40,657 nt of DNA from Candidatus Fervidibacter sp. (GTDB taxonomy: Bacteria; Armatimonadota; Fervidibacteria; Fervidibacterales; Fervidibacteraceae). The stretch lies in contig JBGOFE010000049.1 in the NCBI GenBank assembly GCA_041447035.1, positions 1-40,657 of the forward strand. The letters run 5' to 3'. Positions 32,876 through 40,657 of the stretch are shown one piece after another. Below the pieces are notes generated by a model. It did not search any database, was not told the DNA's origin, and worked only from the letters and a program-made list of their open reading frames with translations. A program made the translations under genes and the position numbers. The number at the start of each line of letters is the position of its first letter. The stretch's first letter is position 1.

Positions 32876-33133
32876 ATGAAGCAACAAGTGCCGACATGGT
32901 TGGCAGCCGTGATTATCGTGATCGTCATCGCTGTCGTGGCAGGCATTTACATGATGGTCGGACGCCCCAAAACGGTGCAAGCGCCGGAAGGCTTCCAGCC
33001 GGGCAAGACAGCGGCGCCGATGCGCCCACAAGGAGCACCAGGACCGCTGGGCGGTCCGACGGGGCAAGGCGGCACGATGGCACCGGGCGCCCCGCGAACG
33101 GCTGCCCCTATGCCGCCTGGGGTTGGGCGTTAG
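32876..33133 (+). CDS. Small single-TM protein with P/G-rich tail, cotranscribed with the prepilin
   Basis: GGAGG RBS; MKQQVPTWLAAVIIVIVIAVVAGIYMM TM segment then a low-complexity P/G/A tail. Confidence 0.8.
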   Translation: MKQQVPTWLAAVIIVIVIAVVAGIYMMVGRPKTVQAPEGFQPGKTAAPMRPQGAPGPLGGPTGQGGTMAPGAPRTAAPMPPGVGR

Positions 33134-33170
33134 TTTGCAGTGTAGAGGCGCGTTTGCTTCCTCCGAAGCA

Positions 33171-34061
33171 TCACGCCATGAAATCTACGAGGCTCAAGGG
33201 CAAGAGGCGGCTGGTGGCGAAGAGGGTGGCTTGGAGGGTGGTCTGACGGAGTTGGTAGGTTGCCACTTCTTCGACGATGTCGGCGTCCAGAATGGGCGAA
33301 AGGGCGATTTGGAAGGATTGAGTTTGCTGCAGCAAGGTGTCAATGGTGCGTTCGCTGCGATTGGCTTGAGCACCCAGTGAGGCGGCGGCGTTGAGGATTT
33401 GTTGGATGCTGCTGTCAAAACGGGGTAAAAGGTTCGCCCGCAAAGTTTCGCCATCGCCCGCATTCATGGCGTTGATGGCATCTTTCAAGACGGCGAAAAC
33501 ATCCTCGCCCGATTGAAAGATGGCGTTGCCCGCCAAAGTGACGGGCACTTGCTCACCGTTGCTAAGGGTGACCTGCATCTGATTGCCATCGCCTTGGTAG
33601 ACGACATCGCCCGCTAAGTTGACGACGAACGGTTTGGTCAAGATGGCAGTGCCCGAAAACAAGTAGCGGTCGCCGACGCGGGTGTTGGCGACTTGGAGGA
33701 ATTCGTTCCGCAAAGTCGTCATCTCTTCGGCGATGACTTTCCGCTGATCGGTCGTCAATGAGTCGTTGCTTGCTTGCAGGACAAGTTCCCGCGCCCGTTG
33801 CAAGATGGCGATGGCTTGGTTGAGGGCGGCGTCCATCGCTTGCAGATAAGGGAGGGCTTGTTCCACCCTTTGACGGTCGCCGTCGGTTAAAGCGATGTCG
33901 CTTTGCAATCGCAACGCCAGCACCGTGCCTGTTGGGTCGTCGGAAGCGCGGCGGATGCGGCGCCCCGTTCCCAATCGCTCCAAACTTTCGTTGATGGCAT
34001 CGGCGTTCTGGTTGATATGCGCGACGGCTTGGCGGGCGAGGATGGACGGTGTGATGCGCAT
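33171..34061 (-). CDS. flgL: Hook-associated protein 3 FlgL
   Basis: MRIT, TGRRIRRASDDP, YLFSG, YQGD, LSLVDFM. Confidence 0.95.
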   Translation of the reverse strand: MRITPSILARQAVAHINQNADAINESLERLGTGRRIRRASDDPTGTVLALRLQSDIALTDGDRQRVEQALPYLQAMDAALNQAIAILQRARELVLQASNDSLTTDQRKVIAEEMTTLRNEFLQVANTRVGDRYLFSGTAILTKPFVVNLAGDVVYQGDGNQMQVTLSNGEQVPVTLAGNAIFQSGEDVFAVLKDAINAMNAGDGETLRANLLPRFDSSIQQILNAAASLGAQANRSERTIDTLLQQTQSFQIALSPILDADIVEEVATYQLRQTTLQATLFATSRLLPLSLVDFMA

Positions 34062-34076
34062 CAATGGTCACTCCTT

Positions 34077-35462
34077 TCAACGGACTAAGTTCGTCAGCAG
34101 GTCGCTGACGAGATTATCCACGACCTGCAACACGCGGGCGGCGGCGATGTAGGCTTGTTGAAAGCGAATCAAGTCCACCATCTCTTCGTCAATGGAGACA
34201 CCTGAAACAGCATCCCGTCGGTCTTGCAAAAAGCGGCGGGCTTCACTGAAAGCGGTCAAAGCATTTTGTGTCCCGTTGGTTCGGGCAGCCAAGTCGCCGA
34301 CCAAGTTGCGATAGAAAGCAGAAACCGTTTGACCGTCCAAATCTGCCAAGGGTGTGTCCATCAAACGGGTAATGTCTGCAGCGATAGCGCCATCACCGAC
34401 AGCGCCTGTTTGGGAGGCGGCGAGGCGACGAGGGTCGTTGAGCAGCGCAGGATTGACTTGCCATTGACCGCTGATGAGCACGAAGAAAGGGTCGCCTGTC
34501 GTCCCGTCCAGCCCAAATCCCGATTGATGCAGTCCGTTGATAGCGTTAGCGAGGGCATCCAGCAGTTTCTGCAACTTTTCCCGAAGGCTTTTAACGACTT
34601 CGTGACTGAACTCTTGCAATGCCGCCAACACGCCTTCCCCCAAAGGGATGGCATCACTTGTGTCTTCCAAAACGACGATGGGTTTGCCGTTGTCATCAAG
34701 CGTTAGTTTCACCGACCGAAAACGGTTGGCGCTGACCAACTCATGCCCGCTTGCTAACACCATCACGCTCCCGTTGGGCTGCTCGCTAACTTGGATGGGC
34801 AAGAGGCGGGCGATGTCCCGCAAGACGGCATCCCGCTCGTCCATCAAATCGTTGGGTTGCAACCCTGTGGCTTTAGCGGCGGCGATTTGCTCGTTGAGCC
34901 GAGCGACTTGGGCGAGGGCACGGTTGAGGGCATTGACTTCCTCCTGCATCTGCCGAAGGCTCAACTCCTGCTCGTGGGCTAACTGGCTTTGCAAGGCATT
35001 GAAACGGCTGAGCAAAGTGCGGGCGCGTTCAAGGACGAGGGCGCGGGCGCCCATGTTTTCGGGGTTGGCGGAAAGGTTTCGCCACGCCTCAAAAAACTCC
35101 GTCATCAAAGCGGCGATGCCACTGTCACTGGGTTCGCCCATTAACGCTTCCACGCGTTCCAAGCCATTCACCAGCGTTTCGTGGTAACCGACACGCCCAT
35201 CGGCGATGCGCAAAGAATCCGCCAAGAGGGCATCAAACTGGCGGATGATTTCGCCGACGGTCACACCCGTGCCCAACTGACCAAAGGGCATCCCATCCCG
35301 AAGGCTGGGTTCTGGGAGGGGCAAAGCGGCTTGGAGTTTGGCGACTTGGCGGGAGTAGTTGGGATTTTGCGCGTTGGCGGTGTTGTGGGCGGCAGTGGCG
35401 AGGGCGACTTGGTGCGCCAGCAAGGATTGCAAGGCGGCTTGTAGCGCAACCGATAACGCCAT
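34077..35462 (-). CDS. flgK: Hook-associated protein 1 FlgK
   Basis: AHNTANAQNPNYSRQ, GTGV, NDLMDERD, SGVSIDEEMVDLIRFQQAY. Confidence 0.96.
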   Translation of the reverse strand: MALSVALQAALQSLLAHQVALATAAHNTANAQNPNYSRQVAKLQAALPLPEPSLRDGMPFGQLGTGVTVGEIIRQFDALLADSLRIADGRVGYHETLVNGLERVEALMGEPSDSGIAALMTEFFEAWRNLSANPENMGARALVLERARTLLSRFNALQSQLAHEQELSLRQMQEEVNALNRALAQVARLNEQIAAAKATGLQPNDLMDERDAVLRDIARLLPIQVSEQPNGSVMVLASGHELVSANRFRSVKLTLDDNGKPIVVLEDTSDAIPLGEGVLAALQEFSHEVVKSLREKLQKLLDALANAINGLHQSGFGLDGTTGDPFFVLISGQWQVNPALLNDPRRLAASQTGAVGDGAIAADITRLMDTPLADLDGQTVSAFYRNLVGDLAARTNGTQNALTAFSEARRFLQDRRDAVSGVSIDEEMVDLIRFQQAYIAAARVLQVVDNLVSDLLTNLVR

Positions 35463-35486
35463 GCCTTTGTCGCCTCCTCTGAAAAG

Positions 35487-35768
35487 TCACACTTGTCCTG
35501 CCACTAACGAGCGGGTCGGAAGGTCGCTTTGCGTGGCAAGGGTCAGCAAGCGCGTCCAGACCAAACATTGGGCGGCTTCTAAGAGCCGACAAAGGAGGGT
35601 CAAATCGTTTGGGCAGGTGATTTGCGAGAGCAAGTGACCGTTTTCGTCCACAAATTGCTGCAAGGCTTCCGTCGCCCGCTCAATGGCTTCCACATCATTG
35701 CGGCTCAAAGCGCCGATCAACTCTGTCAAAAGTCCTTGTAGCCGCCCCAAAAGTCCGTTTCGCTCCAT
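35487..35768 (-). CDS. Small helical protein in the FlgN position (putative FlgK/FlgL chaperone)
   Basis: ATG 35768 just after the flgM stop; ALSRNDVEAIE resembles the FlgN pattern; sits between flgM and flgK; only 93 aa. Confidence 0.55.
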   Translation of the reverse strand: MERNGLLGRLQGLLTELIGALSRNDVEAIERATEALQQFVDENGHLLSQITCPNDLTLLCRLLEAAQCLVWTRLLTLATQSDLPTRSLVAGQV

Positions 35769-35770
35769 CC

Positions 35771-36067
35771 TCACACCCCCAACTCCCGCAGCACGGCTTC
35801 GGCGACCGCTTTGATGTCTGGGTTGTAAGTGCCTTGCTCCAACTGCTGCTGAATTTGCGCCACCCGTTCGGTATCCACTTCGGGAAGTTGCTTGACCACT
35901 GCGTGCAACAACTGAATCAACCGCAACTCCGCCGATAAAGTGACGGGCTCCCCGTTGCCTTTCACAGAGCCCGACGGCATTGATGTGGCGTCCATCCGCT
36001 GGCTTGCCTCCAAACGAGACGCCAAGAGGTTTTGCAACCGATCGGCGATGTCTGGCGAAATCCGCAT
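35771..36067 (-). CDS. flgM: Anti-sigma28 factor FlgM
   Basis: VTLS, PEVDTERVAQIQQQLEQGTYNPD..AVAEA; GAGGTG RBS. Confidence 0.9.
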   Translation of the reverse strand: MRISPDIADRLQNLLASRLEASQRMDATSMPSGSVKGNGEPVTLSAELRLIQLLHAVVKQLPEVDTERVAQIQQQLEQGTYNPDIKAVAEAVLRELGV

Positions 36068-36095
36068 GGCTTGTCACCTCGCTTCGTCCGACTGT

Positions 36096-36123
36096 TTATC
36101 GGCAATTTTGCGCCAACCTTTTA
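36096..36123 (-). promoter_or_regulatory. sigma28 promoter of flgM-flgN-flgK-flgL
   Basis: TAAA-N16-GCCGATAA, consensus boxes on the minus strand. Confidence 0.85.
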
Positions 36124-36159
36124 GACGACAAAGGCTTGTTGCTGCGGGAGTGGAAGGCG

Positions 36160-38868
36160 ATGAAGGGTCGGATGAGCCTCATCTTGCTGGCGATGTTTGT
36201 GTCTTTTGGTCAAGGGCAGGTGCTCATCGTTCGGGACGACCGTTGGGCTGCGACTGCCCCTGCTGCCCGTTTTGCGGTGGACAATCAAGTGGCGACGGCG
36301 GAGCGATGGCTTCGCCGCTGTCGTTTGCCGTATCGGCGAGTGAACGCGTCGGCATTGACTCCCGAAGAAATCCGAAACGCCCTTTGTCTTTTGCCCGCTA
36401 ACATGCCTGACCCGTCATCCCTTGCTGCCCTTCAAAACGCTCAACGCTTCGTCGTTTGGGCGTGGAACGGGCGAACCGATGAGTGGCGGCAAGCGTTGGC
36501 GACGATAACCAGCGGCAAAGGGCGGCTCATCACTGAACCGTTTCCACCTGACCGCTCTGACGGCGAGCGGGCAGCGCAATTGGCGGCATGGTTATTGGAG
36601 GGAGCGCAACTATCGCCCCGCTTCCAGCGCCTTTTGCGCGAGCGTTGGTCAGCATGGGTGAGCGAATTGCGACGCAAGCGGCAGGCATGGCTTCGGGAAA
36701 TCACCCAGAAACCTTTCGCCGACGAGGTGCGCCGCCAGCAAGCCTTAGCCCTTTTGCGTCCCGACCTTGCAACAGTGAGCCTTCATCTCACTCAAGACGG
36801 GACGGTTTGGCTAAAACGGCTGCGAGTTTTGCTTTCAGAACACGAACGGATTCACCGAGCGTTGGCGATTTCATTAGAGCCACGCGAGGGCGAAATTCGG
36901 GGCATCTGGTTGCACACCTATGCCCCGACAAATTGGGAGGAGGTGATGCAGACGCTCAAGGCGGCGAATTTCAATTGCCTCTTCTTTCGGGCAGGGAGAG
37001 GCGGCAATGTCGTCTACCGCAGCCAATTTTTGCCCCGCGATTTATGGGCGGAGCGAGCCGATTTGGACGAACTGGCTAACGCCGCTGAAGCGGCAAAACG
37101 ATACGGCATAGAACTGCACGCTTGGCGGGTGAATTTTCACTTCGGCACTGCCCCCGATTGGCTCAAAGAGCAGATGGCAAAAGAAGACCGCTTGGTGCGC
37201 GATCCTGAAGGCAAGCAAGCCCTTTGGCTCAACCCTGCCGACCCGCGCAATCAGGAGCACGAGTTTCGGGCGATGATGGAACTCCTCACCTGCTCTATTG
37301 CGGGCGTGCATTTTGACTACATCCGCTACCCTGAAGCGCCCCACTATCGCTTTGATTACAGCGAAGTTTCCCGCCGACAGTTTGAGCAAGCGACGGGCAT
37401 TGCCCTGAGCGATTTCCCGCGCCAAGTGTTGCTGGGTCCGCTCAAACTTCGCTACGATGAATGGCAGCGGGAGAATGTGACGAACTTAGTTCGGCGGGTT
37501 TATTTCGCCGTCAAGGACGCCAACCCGCAAATCGCTGTCTCGGCTGCCGTCTGGCAACGCCATCGCTACTATTTCGCCCTCATCAAGCAAGATTGGATGA
37601 GGTGGGTGCGAGAAGGCATCTTGGACTTCGTTTGCCCGATGGACTACACGGCGGATACCTCGCTCTTTGCCGAACGGGTCAAAGAGCAGGTTACGGAAGT
37701 CAACGGCACCGTCCCTATCGCACCGGGCATCGGCGCATATTTGCTGGACGACGAATGGCAATTTTTGGAGCAAGTGAAGGTGGCGCGGGATTTGGGAGCG
37801 GACGGGTTCGTCGTCTTCAGTTACAACATCGCTCCCTTGCGCGACTTCCTTGCGGCGTTGACCTTGGGCGCAACGGCGCAACCGACTGTGCCTGCTCACC
37901 GAGCGCCTCGCTTTGTTTTCCACCTGAGCAACGGCTTACGCCACAAAGACATGCCCATCACCTATCGTGCAGGTGATGCCGTCCACATCACAGCGACAGT
38001 AACGATGGGGTTGTTGCCTGCTGACAAGGTGGCATCGGTGCGCTTTGCCTTGCGTTGGGAACGGGAAGAGGGTTTTGCGGAAGCGACGCTGATGGAAGGC
38101 GAACTAACCGCTGAGCAATTGCGAAAGGGTGCGACCCTTCGTTGCACTGCCAGAGTGCCGAAAGGCATCGTGCGATTAGTGGCGCGGGGCATCGTGACCT
38201 TCGCCGATGGGACGACGCAACCCTTCGTGCGGCGCGGTCCGTTCGTGCGGGGGTTGCCTTCAAACGAATTTGCTGCCGTGTTGCGGTCGCTTTTGCCTGT
38301 CAAGTTGCCATCAAAAACGCCCCGCCCCGCCATCGGTGTCATCGCCGACGGTTGGCACGCAGAGCGATTGACGGCTTTGCTGCAACGGCAAGGTTACACT
38401 GCCTTCCTCGTCCGCTACCTTTTGCCGACTTATTGGCAGCCTGCCGATGTGTTGGTCATCCCGCCCTTGCGGGACTTGCGGGAGTTGACTTTTGAGCGCG
38501 CCCAAGCCCTTCGTTCGTGGGTTGCGCAAGGTGGTCGGGTTTTGCTGCTTTCGGAAGCCTGCGGCTTTCACGCCCACGCTAACTTGTTTCCCGAAGTGGC
38601 GGAAGTGATAGAAGAGCATCGGCAAGTGGCGGTGCGTTGGCAAAGACGCCTTGTCCGCACGGGTTTAAATGCCCTCGCCCTTCGTCCCGTCAACAACGCC
38701 GATGTTTTAATGAGCACGGATGGCAATGCCCTCTTGGTGCGGGGCAAGTTTGGGCGGGGCATCGTTACCTTCTGGGGGCTTCGGATGCCCTTGACCGACG
38801 ACGCTCCCGAATGGCAAGCGTGGACGCCCCTTTTCTGCGAAGTGGTGCGTCGGGCTTTAAGGTGGTGA
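36160..38868 (+). CDS. Secreted GHL10/DUF187-like glycoside hydrolase with C-terminal GATase1/ThuA-like domain
   Basis: Signal peptide; EIRGIW, GIELHAW, WLNPADP, GVHFDYIRYP, QDW..W...G.LDFVCPMDY; start moved to ATG 36160. Confidence 0.8.
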   Translation: MKGRMSLILLAMFVSFGQGQVLIVRDDRWAATAPAARFAVDNQVATAERWLRRCRLPYRRVNASALTPEEIRNALCLLPANMPDPSSLAALQNAQRFVVWAWNGRTDEWRQALATITSGKGRLITEPFPPDRSDGERAAQLAAWLLEGAQLSPRFQRLLRERWSAWVSELRRKRQAWLREITQKPFADEVRRQQALALLRPDLATVSLHLTQDGTVWLKRLRVLLSEHERIHRALAISLEPREGEIRGIWLHTYAPTNWEEVMQTLKAANFNCLFFRAGRGGNVVYRSQFLPRDLWAERADLDELANAAEAAKRYGIELHAWRVNFHFGTAPDWLKEQMAKEDRLVRDPEGKQALWLNPADPRNQEHEFRAMMELLTCSIAGVHFDYIRYPEAPHYRFDYSEVSRRQFEQATGIALSDFPRQVLLGPLKLRYDEWQRENVTNLVRRVYFAVKDANPQIAVSAAVWQRHRYYFALIKQDWMRWVREGILDFVCPMDYTADTSLFAERVKEQVTEVNGTVPIAPGIGAYLLDDEWQFLEQVKVARDLGADGFVVFSYNIAPLRDFLAALTLGATAQPTVPAHRAPRFVFHLSNGLRHKDMPITYRAGDAVHITATVTMGLLPADKVASVRFALRWEREEGFAEATLMEGELTAEQLRKGATLRCTARVPKGIVRLVARGIVTFADGTTQPFVRRGPFVRGLPSNEFAAVLRSLLPVKLPSKTPRPAIGVIADGWHAERLTALLQRQGYTAFLVRYLLPTYWQPADVLVIPPLRDLRELTFERAQALRSWVAQGGRVLLLSEACGFHAHANLFPEVAEVIEEHRQVAVRWQRRLVRTGLNALALRPVNNADVLMSTDGNALLVRGKFGRGIVTFWGLRMPLTDDAPEWQAWTPLFCEVVRRALRW

Positions 38869-38882
38869 GGGGCAGGAAAGGT

Positions 38883-39831
38883 TTATGGCTTCTCGGAAGG
38901 GGATGCTTTGCTGACCTTGACAAGTTGCTTTCGTTCTGTCGTGTGCATCAGCATCATCGTGGAAAGGCTTTGCCCTGTCGGCAAGGAAAGGGAGAAGTTC
39001 ATCGTGGCTTCTCCCGCACTTTCCACCCGCAGGATGCACCCTGCGTCGGCGTCAAACCAAAACTTGCTTTCGTCCTTGACGGAGCCATCCGCTGTGGCGT
39101 TGCTGGCTTCTGTAGGTAAGGCGGTGAACAATTGTTGGAGGAAGTCGCTCATGGTGGGGATTTCTGTCGTCGTTTCCAAGAGGGCGCAGAGGCGGTCGCC
39201 CACCTTTTCCCAACCTGCCAAACGCCCTTGACCTTTCACCTCCAATTTGACGGGACGGTCGCCGACCGTCATTTTGACCGATCGGGTGATGTCCCAAGTA
39301 TCGCCGACTTTGACAGGCTTTTCGGGAAGGAGCAAGTTTTCCAGTTCCCACCTCTGGGACATCAGAGAAGCGGATGTCCAACTTGCCAAAAGGGATAGAG
39401 GAAACCTCTTCTTTCTCCCGCTCTGGGCGTTCCAGCCACTGCATTTGGCGCACTTGTCCTGTCGGGTCTACATGCAGGCGGAGGCGTGTGGTCGGGATAT
39501 CCCTTGTCTCTGCCTTCTCTTCTCCCGTCGGGGTGCTGAACCTGAAAGTCATTTTGCCCCTCATCGTCCGCACGAGGATGGCGTCGCCGTAATCGCTGAC
39601 CCGCTCCACTTGATAAGTGTCCGTCGTCTTGGCGTCTATGCGCATCTGGCTGACGATATCTTGTCCGCCGGCGTTGATGGTCAATGTCCCTTCGCCTTGC
39701 TGGGTGGCTTCGTAGATGAGGATTTGCTTGGGTTGGAATTGGAAGCGCAACGACACTTGTTCTGGCTGGAAAGCAAAGAGCCAACCCGCCAAGAGCCCAC
39801 CGAGGACGCTCACCGCTATCCAACGCCGCAT
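38883..39831 (-). pseudogene. Secreted beta-rich protein (DUF6263-like) split by a frameshift near 39365-39375
   Basis: 5' frame has a signal peptide and GGAGG RBS; 3' frame carries LPEKPVKVGDTW and WFDADAG; the two frames overlap and join at ATCCGCTTCTCTGATG. Confidence 0.7.
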
Positions 39832-39852
39832 GGCTTTGCACCTCCCTTGGCT

Positions 39853-40657
39853 TCATCCGCTGCGACCCAACGCCCGACGCTTTGCCATCACCACTGCCCA
39901 TCGGATGGCAGCCATCAGGCTCGTCGCTCGTGCCCTATTTTGCCATGCGATGTCCAAAGCGACACCGTGATCGGGCGAGGTGCGGACAATCGGCAATCCC
40001 GCCGTCACATTCACCGCCCGATCAAATGCGAGCACCTTGACAGGAATGTGCCCTTGGTCGTGATAGAGCGCCACGACCAAATCAAAAGCACCTTGCCATG
40101 CCTGCCAGAACACGCTGTCAGCAGGGACGGGACCAGAAACTTCAAGCCCGCTGGCACGCAATCGCTCAATGGCAGGACGAAGGAGGCGCGCTTCTTCATC
40201 GCCGAAAGCGCCCCCTTCGCCTGCATGGGGGTTTAGGGCAGCGACGGCGATGCGAGGATGGTCAAAACCAAGCCAACTCAAAACAGGTAAAGCCAACTCC
40301 ACCGTTTTGATGATGCGTTCGGGCGTCAAAGCGGCGAGGGCGTCGCGCAAAGCCATGTGACCCGTCACATGAATGACCCGCAGTTCGTCGCAGACGAGCA
40401 TCAAGCGCGTTTCGGTGACGCCGCACAGCGCCGCCAAAAATTCGGTATGCCCTGCAAAAGCCAAACCCGCTCGCAACCTCAATGGCTCGGATGGCTGCCC
40501 GACCGCTTTCTTCGTTCGGCTTTTGAGGCGTCCATCGCTGCAAGTCCAACTCAACGGCATCCAGCACATTCAACCCGTCAGGGTCAAAAGCGGGGTCGTC
40601 AAAGCCACTGACGGAGCGGACGGGCAAGTTGGCTTTCACCAACTTTGCCGCTTGCCG
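39853..40657 (-). pseudogene. pdxA: PdxA-family dehydrogenase, 5' end outside the window, with internal deletion and frameshift at about 40472-40476
   Basis: GHTEFL, NPHAGE, PADS.F, YHDQGHIPVK, RTSPDHG in the 3' frame; the upstream frame (SGRAAIRAIEVA) is open to the window edge; the conserved TAP(I/L)xK segment is absent. Confidence 0.8.

Noticed and set aside
35931-35938. GCCGATAA inside flgM on the plus strand as an antisense or hydrolase sigma28 promoter
   Set aside because: No TAAA at the proper spacing upstream; it is explained by the coding sequence (LSA).
39247-40236. 329-aa plus-strand ORF (and similar long antisense ORFs such as 2029-2796, 10248-10967, 32088-32897)
   Set aside because: These are shadow frames opposite well-supported genes in GC-rich DNA and carry no motifs.
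1-40657. Absence of flgG, flgA, flgH, flgI and flgJ as evidence for a ring-less motor
   Set aside because: The operon runs off the left edge right after flgF, where these genes normally lie, so absence cannot be judged from this window.

Overview
About 36 kb of this window is an almost complete flagellar gene cluster with Firmicutes/Terrabacteria-like gene order. A long minus-strand run reads flgB-flgC-fliE-F-G-H-I-J-[SLT::fliK]-flgD-flgE-flbD-motA-motB-[Ada-type Zn-finger membrane protein]-fliL-M-N-[fliO::fliP]-fliQ-fliR-flhB-flhA-flhF-flhG-ycgR-like brake-fliA-2 small ORFs-flgF. It is accompanied by three candidate sigma28-driven units: fliC-fliD, fliS plus a 1208-aa methyltransferase/GT2/GT2/TPR protein, and flgM-flgN-flgK-flgL. 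A DUF1559-type prepilin plus a small membrane protein sit inside the cluster. The right end has a GHL10-like glycoside hydrolase, a frameshifted secreted-protein gene and an internally deleted pdxA. The prepilin style, gene order and composition suggest an Armatimonadota/Fervidibacter-like bacterium (inference only). The main oddities are: a lytic transglycosylase fused into the FliK position; a FliO-FliP fusion joined by repeat-derived DNA; a Zn-finger membrane protein coupled to motB; Met at the MotB ion-selectivity site; a three-copy MITE-like element carrying REP-like palindromes; 7-mer/8-mer repeat tracts invading coding linkers; a 14-bp frame-switching VNTR in the prepilin; and strong avoidance of several 4-bp palindromes. 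No rRNA, tRNA, CRISPR, transposase or chemotaxis genes were seen. All family assignments come from motif recognition, not database searches.
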